Origin: an uncultured bacterium
GTDB taxonomy: Bacteria > Acidobacteriota > Aminicenantia > Aminicenantales > Aminicenantaceae
Direction of reading: 5' to 3'
Length of the DNA stretch: 39,493 nucleotides
Assembly: GCA_965373045.1 (NCBI GenBank)
Contig: CBDVEQ010000001.1
Coordinates: 1-39,493 of the forward strand
Positions 10,140 through 19,483 of this stretch are shown in pieces (position 1 is the first letter of the stretch; each line of letters starts with the position of its first letter). The notes under the pieces were generated by a model. That model had not been told where the DNA came from, did no database searches, and saw only the letters and a program-made list of their open reading frames with translations. The translations under genes were made by a program, and so were the position numbers.

Positions 10140-13100
10140 ATGGTGCGCTGTAAAAGCCTTATGGTAGTGATAGTGTTATTGATCGCGGTGGTTACCGGGG
10201 GTTGCTCGAAAGCCAGCGGATTTACGAAATCGTCAGTAACGATCTACGAGAAGCCGCTGGTGATTCCCACTTACCAGATCGGCAAGCCGGACCCGAATCC
10301 CAGGTTCTATGAGGGGCGGGCCTACCAGGGTGCCCAGGGCCGCGTTTACCCGTATCCCATGATGGACAGGCTGACCGATAACCGCAAGGACAAGACCTAC
10401 AATGCGGTCTACCTTGAAAACGAATACATAAAGATTTGCGTGCTTCCCGAGATCGGCGGCCGGGTCTTCGAGGCCGTGGACAAGACGAACGGCTTTGACT
10501 TCCTGTACCGGCAGCATGTAATAAAGCCAGCGCTCATCGGGATGATCGGGGCCTGGATTTCCGGGGGCATCGAGTGGAACTTCCCACATCACCACCGCGC
10601 CTCGGTCTTCCTGCCCATGGACTACGTGCTTAAGGACAACCCCGACGGCAGTAAAACCCTATGGATGAGTGAAATCGAGATACGTCACAGGATGAGATTG
10701 GTAATCGGTATAACACTGCGTCCCGGAAAGTCGTACTTCGAGGCTGAGATCAAGCCGTATAACCGCTCACCGTTTGTGCACAGCTTCCTGTACTGGGCCA
10801 ACGTTTCCGTGTATGCGGATGAGAACTACCAGGTGATTTTTCCTCCGAGCACGCAGTTCGCCGTGTACCACGGGAAAAACGCGTTTGCACGCTGGCCGGT
10901 TTCGCACGAGATGTACAGGGGCGTGGATTACACGAAAGGCGTGGATATGAGCTGGTGGAAGAACCACCCGTCACCTATGTCTTTTTTCGCATGGAACTAC
11001 AAAGACGACTTCCTTGTGGGCTACGACCACAAAAAGGGTGCGGGTACTGCCTATGTCGCAAACCACCATATCGCACTCGGTAAGAAGTTCTGGCAATGGG
11101 GCCCGGGTCCGCAAGGGCGGCTATGGGACAAGATTCTGACCGACAAGGACGGCCCTTACGTGGAGCTCATGGTCGGGGCGTACTCCGACAACCAGCCCGA
11201 TTACAGTTGGCTGCAACCCTATGAGGGCAAGAGCATCAGGCAGCACTGGTATCCCATTCGCGGCATAGGGGGCGTTAAAAACGCCACCCTCGCGGCGGCC
11301 GTGAATATGGAGATTGCGGATAAAAACACAGTAAAGATCGGCTTCAATGCAACGGCGGAATACAAAAAAGCAAAGGTGCTGCTCAAGGCCGGTGGCAAGA
11401 AGGTTTTTGAAGAGAATATCGACATCAGCCCGGGCAAGCCTTTTGTCAAAGAGGTTTCCCTGGCCGCCGGAATGAAAGAAACCGATTTGCAGGTTTCACT
11501 GGTCTCCGCCTCCGGCGATAAGTTGGTGGACTACCAGCCGGTAGAGATGGAGAAAGCGCCGATGCCCGAGGTGGTCAAGCGTCCGCCCGACCCGAAGGAT
11601 ATTAAAACGGTCGAGGAACTTTACCTGACGGGCATGCGCCTGGAGCAGTTCTACAATCCCTCGCTTTCACCTGTTCCATATTACGAAGAAGCCCTGAAAA
11701 GGGACCCGGGTAACAGCCGGGTCAACGTGGCCCTCGGCATACTGCGTCTGAAATGGTGCATGTTCGATAAAGCGGAAAAGTGTTTCAGGGTCGCGCTCAA
11801 TAGGACAACCAAAGATTACACGAGTCCGAGGGACGGCGAGGCGTATTATTACGTGGGCTGGGTTTTGAAGCTCCGGGGGAAACTCGACGCGGCCTACGAC
11901 TCCCTGTACAAGGCCACGTGGAGCCATGCGTTCCACACGGCCGCGTATTTCCACCTCGCCGAGATAGATTGCATGAGGGGTGAATTCGAGACCGCGCTCA
12001 AGCACCTTGACCGCTCGATTGTCACGAACGCGTGGCACACGAAGGCGCTGAACCTGAAGGCCGCCGTGCTCAGGCGGCTGGGGCGTCCGAAGGAAGCGGC
12101 GGAGCTTGCGAAGACAGTATCGACCAACGACCCGCTGAACCTCTGGTCTCTGCACGAAGCTTACCTTGCAGGAGCCGCAATGGGTCTGGAGAAAGAACGG
12201 ATCGCCGAATTGAAAGCGTATTTGAAGCCGAAATGGAATGTCCAGGTTCAGGATTGGTATAAAGCTCAGGCCTATCTTGAGATTGCGGTTGACTATGCCA
12301 ATGCCGGCCTGTGGGACGAGGCGATCAAGCTGCTCAACCTTATCGCTTTTTCCGGGGAACAAAGTGCGACCACATACCCCATGGTCTTTTATTACCTCGG
12401 GTATTTCCAGGAAAAGAAGGGGGACGTAAAGAAGGCATCCGAGTATTACCGGATCGGCGGGAAGATGCCGACCGATTACTGCTTCCCCTTCCGCGTGGAA
12501 TCGATACACGTGCTCCAAGCGGCTTGTGCGGACAACCCGAAAGACGGACGCGCGCACTATTACCTGGGGAACCTGTTCTACGACCGCCAGCCGGAGAGGG
12601 CGATAAAGGAATGGGAAAGAGCCAGGGACCTGGACCCCGGGATTGCGACCCTCCACCGCAACCTCGCACGAGGATATTTCCAGGTAGAGCACGACGTTGC
12701 CAAGGCCATTGCGAGCATGGAAAAGGCGATCAAATGCGACAAGGACCCGAGTCTCTTTTATGAGCTTGACGTCCTTTACGAGGCTGGCGGCGTATCGATG
12801 CAGAAAAGGCTGGACCTCCTTACAAAGAACCATAAGTACATCTGCGATCATAACGACGCATTTTCAAGGGAGATCGTCCTGCTGACCCGGCTTGGGCATT
12901 ACGACAAGGCCATCAAGATGATGATGCCGCCCAGCCATTTCCGCAGATGGGAAGGGCTTGGCAATATTCACACCACCTATCTGAACGCTCACCTGCTCAG
13001 GGCTAGGAAGCATTTGAAGGCCGGGCGATACAGTAAAGCCGTCAAGGATTACGAGGCGGCCCTCAAGTATCCGGAAAATCTGGAAGTGGCTAGGCCGCAC

Positions 13101-13571
13101 CACGGCGGGAGGGATTGCGAGACATACTACCTGTTGGGCAACGTATACGATGAGTGGAGCAACGCTAAAAAGGCGAAAGAGTTCTATGAAAAAGCGACCA
13201 CTACAAAGCGGCACGAAAGTCGGTCGGCGCTCGACTTCTATCAGGGCATGGCTTACATGAAGCTGGGCCGGAAAGACAAGGCCGCGGAAATGTTCGATGC
13301 CCTTATAACGTTCGGGAAGAAACAACTGAATTCTCTGAAAGCGGGCACGGCACTCGAGTTCTTTGCCAAGTTCGGCAAAAAGAAGTCGGTAGAAGACCAG
13401 AAGGCCAAAGCCCTGTATCTGATGGGGCTCGGCTTCATCGGGAAGGGCGACGTGGAAGCCGCAAAAAAGAAGCTTGGGGAAACGCTCAAGCTGAATGCCA
13501 ACCACCTCTGGGCGAAAATACATCTGGAAGACCTTTCCCTCTTTTATCGGGGAATGATGGAGAACCGGTAG
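10140..13571 (+). CDS. lipoprotein with DUF5107-like N-terminal domain and long TPR region
   Basis: 1143-aa ORF with GGAGGA 5 nt upstream of the ATG and a lipoprotein-type leader ...IAVVTGGC. The N-terminal ~400 aa (LENEYIKICVLPEIGGRVFEAVDKTNGFDFLYRQHVIKPALIGMIGAWISGGIEWNFPHHHR) resemble DUF5107 / mutarotase-like domains as I remember them. The remaining ~700 aa are TPR-like helical repeats. The gene is markedly more GC-rich than its neighbours. Confidence 0.85.
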   Translation: MVRCKSLMVVIVLLIAVVTGGCSKASGFTKSSVTIYEKPLVIPTYQIGKPDPNPRFYEGRAYQGAQGRVYPYPMMDRLTDNRKDKTYNAVYLENEYIKICVLPEIGGRVFEAVDKTNGFDFLYRQHVIKPALIGMIGAWISGGIEWNFPHHHRASVFLPMDYVLKDNPDGSKTLWMSEIEIRHRMRLVIGITLRPGKSYFEAEIKPYNRSPFVHSFLYWANVSVYADENYQVIFPPSTQFAVYHGKNAFARWPVSHEMYRGVDYTKGVDMSWWKNHPSPMSFFAWNYKDDFLVGYDHKKGAGTAYVANHHIALGKKFWQWGPGPQGRLWDKILTDKDGPYVELMVGAYSDNQPDYSWLQPYEGKSIRQHWYPIRGIGGVKNATLAAAVNMEIADKNTVKIGFNATAEYKKAKVLLKAGGKKVFEENIDISPGKPFVKEVSLAAGMKETDLQVSLVSASGDKLVDYQPVEMEKAPMPEVVKRPPDPKDIKTVEELYLTGMRLEQFYNPSLSPVPYYEEALKRDPGNSRVNVALGILRLKWCMFDKAEKCFRVALNRTTKDYTSPRDGEAYYYVGWVLKLRGKLDAAYDSLYKATWSHAFHTAAYFHLAEIDCMRGEFETALKHLDRSIVTNAWHTKALNLKAAVLRRLGRPKEAAELAKTVSTNDPLNLWSLHEAYLAGAAMGLEKERIAELKAYLKPKWNVQVQDWYKAQAYLEIAVDYANAGLWDEAIKLLNLIAFSGEQSATTYPMVFYYLGYFQEKKGDVKKASEYYRIGGKMPTDYCFPFRVESIHVLQAACADNPKDGRAHYYLGNLFYDRQPERAIKEWERARDLDPGIATLHRNLARGYFQVEHDVAKAIASMEKAIKCDKDPSLFYELDVLYEAGGVSMQKRLDLLTKNHKYICDHNDAFSREIVLLTRLGHYDKAIKMMMPPSHFRRWEGLGNIHTTYLNAHLLRARKHLKAGRYSKAVKDYEAALKYPENLEVARPHHGGRDCETYYLLGNVYDEWSNAKKAKEFYEKATTTKRHESRSALDFYQGMAYMKLGRKDKAAEMFDALITFGKKQLNSLKAGTALEFFAKFGKKKSVEDQKAKALYLMGLGFIGKGDVEAAKKKLGETLKLNANHLWAKIHLEDLSLFYRGMMENR

Positions 13572-15910
13572 GGGTGCTGATGGGTGGAGATGCCGGATAT
13601 ATTTTTAAGCGAGAGGCTGATCCGGTAAAGATGATGTTTTTTGAGCGGATAGGAAGAAGACGGTATGAATTCCAAGGACAGGATCTCCCCTTCTGTTGTC
13701 CCTTTAAAAAGTTCTTTATCAAAATATTGTACTCGGAAATCATATGTTCCCAGATCAGAACCCAGTTCCAGATGGAATTTTGGGATTTTCCTCCATGAAG
13801 TAAAATAGAACACATAATCCCTGTTTGCTTGAGGCAGGATGAATTTTCCCGGTTCCTGCATTTTCGCTACCCGGCCCTGGAAATCAAAAACGATCTTTTC
13901 ACCTGTGGGAAAGGCAGTGTTTCTGGGATAATGTAGAACAGGTTTCGGGAACAGGACTATCCAGCTTGAGAACAGGGTAATGCCCACCAATGCAATCGCA
14001 ATATGATAGGAGTATCGGAATGTAAAGTTGTGTTTTTTTACAGCAAGATACAGAACGATAAATAGAGGAATAGCCGCTATCCAGATGATGTTCGGCGGCC
14101 AGTGTCCGTTTTCAATCTTGACAAAAGAAGGAAGGAACTTGGGTAGATAAAAGTGTAGATTACTAAGATGAAGAAAAAACGTCCCTGCTCTTTGTGTCTC
14201 ACCATATGTCGTAACCTGGTAAAGGGCCAGGGGATTCTTCAGCAGGAGATAAGTGAAAACGAAACTGACAAATGCGGCAGTGGAGAAAAGAACGGAAAAT
14301 ATTTTTTTTGCATTGTAAGCCAGAAAATAACCCAGCATAATGCCGAATCCCCAGATGACCGCAACAACCGGTCTGGCCTGGGGCGCATATCCTGTCCTCT
14401 GTGTCATAAAAGCTGAGAAAAGAATATAGGGCGCCAGGATAAAAAGAATAGCATACAGCTCTTGACGTTTTCTCCTGAACATTTCGATCATTCCCAGAAA
14501 AGCAAAGAAGTATATCGGAGAGTAAAGAAGAAATCCATCTTTCTGGTCGAGGAAATAGCCGGCAAGGGTCTCCCAGCGGTAGCGGAAGGGAATGTCCACA
14601 AAAACCGTTTGGATAAAAGCTAAAAAGCTCTGGGAAGAGAGATGGCCTTTAGTGGAAATGGCAGAGGGAGAAAAGGATCCGTATATTTTGTACTGGAATA
14701 ACATGTGAAGAAGTGTAAGGACAACGGGAAAAACAAGAAAAGCAAGCACATTCCATTTGACCTTGTGCTTTTTAAGAAAAACCCATAGGCCGTATAGGAT
14801 CAGAGTCCCGGCAATGATCACATATTTGATGGCATGAAACCAGATGAATGTCGATAGAATCAGCCCGATGCCCAGTATATGGCTCCTTGAAAAAGAAGCC
14901 CGGTGGCTGAGAATACGGAACACATAAAAGGATAATAGGGTTATAAGGAGTTCCGGATACAAATGGAAACTGTAGAAAAAGATCGGGGAGGTGAAACAGA
15001 ACAGAGCCCAGAGTATAACAGCCAAGTTTTCTTTGTTCCATGCATGTCGAGCATAAAGGAAGATTTGAATGCCTAAAAAGGCTCCGATAAGGCTTATACT
15101 GAAACGCAAAATAATTAAAAGAAGCTTTCCCTTGAACAATGAAGCCAGAGCATAAAAAGGGAGCATAAGAACGGAAAAGCCCGGAGAATGAAAGGAATAC
15201 TTACCTTGCGTTCCGGGGGCGATGTGCCGGGCAAGCTTGGTTTCTGGAGGCATGTATTTTTTATAATCTCTGTTTTTATAATTATTAGCCAGGTTGACGT
15301 CCCCGTCATGGAGAAGGCTGTGAGATATCATCAGATAATGGGGTTCATCTCCGGAAAATTCAATGCCCTGGGATACGATCATCAGGGAGCCTGCATTGTA
15401 AACAAGGATTGAAGCAAGAAAGAGCCAGATAAGTTTTCTTTTTAGCGGCATTTTACTAAACGTGTTTGCCCAGGATCCGAAAACAGATGGGTTTTTCAGG
15501 TGGAGTGTCCAGATCCCTGCTGCTTTGAGATAGAGGACAGCTATGAGGACTGCTATGCCGAGAAGGCTGAAACGCGTGATCAGGTCATCCGAACTCAGAT
15601 AGTGCCGGTTGGCAAGTGGCATGAAGAGGAAAAAAAGGACAGGAACCCAGCTTAGAATATTTCGCATTCGGACATCATTGAGGTTTGTGTTAAACAGGCG
15701 GGAGAGCCATTTTGAAAAAAGCAACCACAGTCCTGTCATGATCACAAACACAAGAACCGTCTGGAGGAGAAATGGGCCCGGTTTCCAGGTAAAAGCATGG
15801 TTGTCAAAGACCATATGCCGTGCCTGTTCGCAGAACTGAAAAAAATATACCAAAAGGCTGCTAAGAACAATGAAAACAGGGACCTGGAAGAGCAGGAGTT
15901 TCTTTTTCAT
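13544..15910 (-). CDS. large polytopic membrane protein, paralogue 2 (putative GT-C-type glycosyltransferase; family not recognised)
   Basis: 788-aa ORF starting at an ATG (MKKKLLLFQVPVFIV...). It shares the same collinear blocks as 7619-10015, including IEFSGDEPHYLMISHSLLHDGDVNLANNY, LYPELL, YFLDQKDGFLLYSPIYFFAFLGMIEMFRR and LPKFLPSFVKI. Its 3' end overlaps the 3' end of the convergent 10140-13571 gene by 28 nt. Confidence 0.85.
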   Translation of the reverse strand: MKKKLLLFQVPVFIVLSSLLVYFFQFCEQARHMVFDNHAFTWKPGPFLLQTVLVFVIMTGLWLLFSKWLSRLFNTNLNDVRMRNILSWVPVLFFLFMPLANRHYLSSDDLITRFSLLGIAVLIAVLYLKAAGIWTLHLKNPSVFGSWANTFSKMPLKRKLIWLFLASILVYNAGSLMIVSQGIEFSGDEPHYLMISHSLLHDGDVNLANNYKNRDYKKYMPPETKLARHIAPGTQGKYSFHSPGFSVLMLPFYALASLFKGKLLLIILRFSISLIGAFLGIQIFLYARHAWNKENLAVILWALFCFTSPIFFYSFHLYPELLITLLSFYVFRILSHRASFSRSHILGIGLILSTFIWFHAIKYVIIAGTLILYGLWVFLKKHKVKWNVLAFLVFPVVLTLLHMLFQYKIYGSFSPSAISTKGHLSSQSFLAFIQTVFVDIPFRYRWETLAGYFLDQKDGFLLYSPIYFFAFLGMIEMFRRKRQELYAILFILAPYILFSAFMTQRTGYAPQARPVVAVIWGFGIMLGYFLAYNAKKIFSVLFSTAAFVSFVFTYLLLKNPLALYQVTTYGETQRAGTFFLHLSNLHFYLPKFLPSFVKIENGHWPPNIIWIAAIPLFIVLYLAVKKHNFTFRYSYHIAIALVGITLFSSWIVLFPKPVLHYPRNTAFPTGEKIVFDFQGRVAKMQEPGKFILPQANRDYVFYFTSWRKIPKFHLELGSDLGTYDFRVQYFDKELFKGTTEGEILSLEFIPSSSYPLKKHHLYRISLSLKNISGISTHQHPYRFSIIPR

Positions 15911-16033
15911 TGGAGGACAATTATGTAATAAATCGATAATGGAAACAATGGGAAATTTTAAACTTCCTTCCGTAGTTATTCGTATAGTATAGTATCCGGT
16001 ATTGTAGAAAGATTTAATTTTCTGTTATGGAGG

Positions 16034-17587
16034 ATGAATATGCTAAATAAACGAAGTCTGAGTATTCTTGTTAGTCTTTTTATTTTTGGATTTTTCTCTT
16101 TGGGCTATGGTGAAGAAACCGTGTCTCTGACACTGGAAGAATGTATTACAACAGCGTTGGAAAACAATCTAAGGATCTCGATCGAGAGATACAACCCTGA
16201 GCTGGCAGATGTCTCTATTATCCGGGCCAAGGAGTTATTCATGCCGCGTTTTGATCTTAGCTACGGCCGCCAGAGGACAGAAAGTCCTTCTTACTGGTGG
16301 CTCCAGGGAGCCGACACCCAGATTTCCAAGTATTCGGATTATTCCGTCTCTTTTATCCAGCAGATCCCCACAGGCGGCAACCTGTCGCTGTCTCTGGCTA
16401 ATTATTCTTCGGACACCAATGCGGCTTTCCAGCTCATCAATCCCAGATACGGCAGCACCATCCGGTTTGATTTCACACAGCCGCTTCTGAAAAATTTTGG
16501 CCGCAAGGTCAGCCGTAAGGAGATCATAATTGCGCAGAACAATCTGGAAATCTCTCAGCACCAGTTCAGAACTGTTTTGCTTGATACCATATACAGGGTC
16601 CAGGAAGCTTACTGGAATCTGGTCTATGCTATTGAAAATCATAATGTTAAAAAGCAGTCCCTTCAGCTGGGCCGGGACCTTCTTGCAAAAAACCAGAAAG
16701 AGGTCGAGGTCGGAAAACTTGCTCCAATTGAAATCTTGAATGCGGAAACTGTGGTCGCTCAGCGTGAGGCGGATATTCTCCAGGCCGAAGCCCTAATAAG
16801 GAAAGGTGAAGACCTCCTCAGAAATATTTTAAATAGGGATACTATGCTTCAGAGTTCCGGGCAGAAGATCATTCCCCGTGATGATCCGGCCTTTATTGCC
16901 AGGGGTGTTTCGCTGCAAAAAGTCCTGGATATCGCTTTAATAAGTCGGCCTGATCTGAAGGCAACGGAGAAGAATATCGAAACCAAGGAATTGAACCTGA
17001 CTATTGCTAAAAATCAGTTGTTGCCCGGACTGGATTTGAACTTATCCTACTGGAGCCCGGGTCTTTCAGGCGACAGACTCCTCTATCTCGATGACAATCC
17101 TTTTTCCGGCATCATCGTCGGGAGGGAAAAGGGAAGTGCCGGAGATTCTATAAGTGATGCCTTCAAACTTCTGTATAACAACTGGTCAGTAGGTGTGACG
17201 TTGTCATTCCCTTTAAGCAGTATTTTTACGCGGGCTGATTTTACCAGAGCACGGATCGAATTGGATAAAAGCCATGTCGAAATGGAGGATGCCAGGCGTC
17301 AGGCATTGCTTGAGGTAAGGGATGCTGTCAGGGACATTGAGACAAACTCCAAACGTGTGGACGCCTATAAGCTGGCCAGGAAACTGGCTGAAAGGCGTCT
17401 CCAGGCCGAAGAAAAAAAATTGAAGGTCGGCCTGACCACAAATTATTTTGTTCTCCAATACCAGGAGGAACTGGCCAATGCCAGGTCATTGGAGATCAAA
17501 GCTATTGTGGACTATAACCTCGCCTGGGCAAAACTGGAAAAGGCCACAGGGATGAGCCTCAAAAACCGAAATATTCTGGTGAAGTAA
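16034..17587 (+). CDS. TolC-family outer-membrane channel protein
   Basis: 517-aa ORF with a signal peptide (LSILVSLFIFGFFSLGYG). The N-terminal block LTLEECITTALENNLRI is characteristic, and the protein has the two-repeat coiled/beta architecture of outer-membrane efflux proteins. GGAGG directly abuts the first ATG, so the second ATG at 16040 (MLNKRS...) may be the true start. Confidence 0.85.
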   Translation: MNMLNKRSLSILVSLFIFGFFSLGYGEETVSLTLEECITTALENNLRISIERYNPELADVSIIRAKELFMPRFDLSYGRQRTESPSYWWLQGADTQISKYSDYSVSFIQQIPTGGNLSLSLANYSSDTNAAFQLINPRYGSTIRFDFTQPLLKNFGRKVSRKEIIIAQNNLEISQHQFRTVLLDTIYRVQEAYWNLVYAIENHNVKKQSLQLGRDLLAKNQKEVEVGKLAPIEILNAETVVAQREADILQAEALIRKGEDLLRNILNRDTMLQSSGQKIIPRDDPAFIARGVSLQKVLDIALISRPDLKATEKNIETKELNLTIAKNQLLPGLDLNLSYWSPGLSGDRLLYLDDNPFSGIIVGREKGSAGDSISDAFKLLYNNWSVGVTLSFPLSSIFTRADFTRARIELDKSHVEMEDARRQALLEVRDAVRDIETNSKRVDAYKLARKLAERRLQAEEKKLKVGLTTNYFVLQYQEELANARSLEIKAIVDYNLAWAKLEKATGMSLKNRNILVK

Positions 17588-17613
17588 GCGGTCATTGTGT
17601 TAAAATAAAAAAA

Positions 17614-18387
17614 ATGAAGATATCTGTAGTTGTCATCACGTTCAATGAAGAAAAACGGCTGGAAGCCGCGTTAAACAATGTCAAGGATATTGCATCTGAG
17701 ATCATTGTGGTGGACAGTTACAGCACGGATGGTACGCTGCAGGTTGCAAAACAATTTTCAGATCATGTTTATAAGCGGAAATGGACTAACTATGCAGACC
17801 AGAAGAACTTTGCCAACAGCAAGGCTTCGTTCCCCTGGATCCTTTCTCTGGATGCGGATGAGCGGCTGTCTCCTGAACTCGCAGAGGAAATTCAGGGATT
17901 GCTGGACCTTGAACCCGATTGCTCAGCTTTTTCCATGCCGAGACATGCCTTCTATCTTGGAAAATGGATCCGCCATTCCGGATGGTACCCGGACAGGAAA
18001 ACCCGTCTTTTTCTGAAAGATAGAACATACTGGGAAGGCGAATATATCCATGAAAGTCTGGTCGTCGACGGAAAAATAAGCAAGCTGAATGGTTCGATCC
18101 GGCATTTCTCATACAACAATATTCGTGACCATTTGGAACGGATCAATCTGTTTTCGGATCTTGGGGCGCAGAAGCTCTATGCCGCGGACAGGAAATGCCG
18201 CTGGTATCATCTGGCGGTCTTGCCCTTTTCCGGGTTTATCAAGTCCTATTTATTAAAAGCTGGATTTTTAGACGGATTTGCCGGTTTTATAATTTCAGCG
18301 CTTCATGGCTATTCGATTTTCACAAAATACGCGAAATTAGGAGAGATATGGAAAAAGGGAGAGAAGATTGAGTCTTTTTCAGATTGA
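17614..18387 (+). CDS. family 2 glycosyltransferase (LPS-core WaaE/KdtX-like)
   Basis: 257-aa ORF with the GT-A start MKISVVVITFNEEKRL. It also has VVDSYSTDGT and a DxD-type block, SLDADERLSPEL. Confidence 0.88.
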   Translation: MKISVVVITFNEEKRLEAALNNVKDIASEIIVVDSYSTDGTLQVAKQFSDHVYKRKWTNYADQKNFANSKASFPWILSLDADERLSPELAEEIQGLLDLEPDCSAFSMPRHAFYLGKWIRHSGWYPDRKTRLFLKDRTYWEGEYIHESLVVDGKISKLNGSIRHFSYNNIRDHLERINLFSDLGAQKLYAADRKCRWYHLAVLPFSGFIKSYLLKAGFLDGFAGFIISALHGYSIFTKYAKLGEIWKKGEKIESFSD

Positions 18388-19483
18388 TGCCGGAAAAGAG
18401 TGGAGAGGAGGTCAGAGACAGTCTTTTTTACTGGCCAAGGAACTCAAGAAAAAAGGATATCCCCTTTATTTTGTTGTTCAACCTTATAGCCCTCTTCATA
18501 AACAGGCGCAAAAAGCAGGTCTATCTGTTATCCCTGTAAAAATGCGGAGCGAGGTCGACATTCTTGCTGTGACCCGTCTGGCTGCAGCAATGAAAAAGAA
18601 GAATTGCCGCCTGGTTCATTTCCATGATGCACACTCCGTTTCTGTAGGATCGCCTGCAGCTTCTCTGGCCGGGGTTCCTCTGAAAATTATTTCACGCAGG
18701 GTGGATTTTCCCCTGAAAAACAATTTTCTATCCCGGCAGAAATACATAAAGAATATAGACTGTATAATTGCCGTATCCAAGGGTGTCAGAAAGGTCCTGA
18801 TCGAAGGAGGAGTTCCCCCAAAATCCATTAAAGTCATCCCTGACGGGATCGATTATTCTCCTTTTGAGAAAGCAAGTTCCATCGATTATCTGAGGCAGGA
18901 GCTTTCTTTTAAAAAAAAAGATTTTCTGGTTGGAATTGTTGCTCACCTGGCAGATCACAAGGGGCATAAGTACCTGATCAGAGCGGCCAGGATCTTGAAA
19001 GAGAAGGCTCCAAGGATCAAGTTTATCATTGTTGGCGAAGGCCCCCTGAAAATGGAATTGACCCGGCAGGTCAGCGAAAGTCATATCGGAGATATTGTTT
19101 TTTTCCTTGGGTTCCGTGACGATATTCCCCGGATCCTTCGCTCACTCGATCTCTTTGTTCTGTCTTCCTACTTGGAAGGGCTGGGCAGCAGCCTTTTGGA
19201 TGCCATGGCCTGCCGTCTTCCGATAGTAGCCACAAAGGCGGGCGGAATCCCGGAAGTTGTTGTTCACAGGAAAACCGGTTTGCTCGTGCCGACGCGAAAT
19301 TCAGAAGCCCTGGCGACCGCTATTCTCAAGCTCTATAAGGACCGGGAGCTTGCGAAACAACTGGGAGACAATGGATTCGAACATGTCCATGGGAAATTTT
19401 CAGCCGAAGCCATGGCTGGGAAGATAATTGATCAATATGATAAATTGGCGCGAGAAAAGGGAATCAAGTTGAATGAGTATTGA
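18368..19483 (+). CDS. family 4 (GT-B fold) glycosyltransferase
   Basis: 371-aa ORF with a TTG start preceded by GGGAGAG 6 nt upstream. It overlaps the GT2 gene by 20 nt. The C-terminal GT4 signature EGLGSSLLDAMACRLPIVATKAGGIPEVV is present. Confidence 0.88.
   Translation: MSLFQIDAGKEWRGGQRQSFLLAKELKKKGYPLYFVVQPYSPLHKQAQKAGLSVIPVKMRSEVDILAVTRLAAAMKKKNCRLVHFHDAHSVSVGSPAASLAGVPLKIISRRVDFPLKNNFLSRQKYIKNIDCIIAVSKGVRKVLIEGGVPPKSIKVIPDGIDYSPFEKASSIDYLRQELSFKKKDFLVGIVAHLADHKGHKYLIRAARILKEKAPRIKFIIVGEGPLKMELTRQVSESHIGDIVFFLGFRDDIPRILRSLDLFVLSSYLEGLGSSLLDAMACRLPIVATKAGGIPEVVVHRKTGLLVPTRNSEALATAILKLYKDRELAKQLGDNGFEHVHGKFSAEAMAGKIIDQYDKLAREKGIKLNEY

Noticed and set aside
11667-12851. A 394-aa antisense ORF inside the DUF5107-like/TPR gene. 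Related ORFs are 12864-13523 (219 aa), 10233-10595 and several 60-150-aa ORFs in both directions.
   Set aside because: These are shadow ORFs of a GC-rich coding region. Their products are Arg/Pro/Gly/Val-rich and low in complexity, with no recognisable motif. The sense frame gives a long coherent protein with an RBS and a lipoprotein leader.
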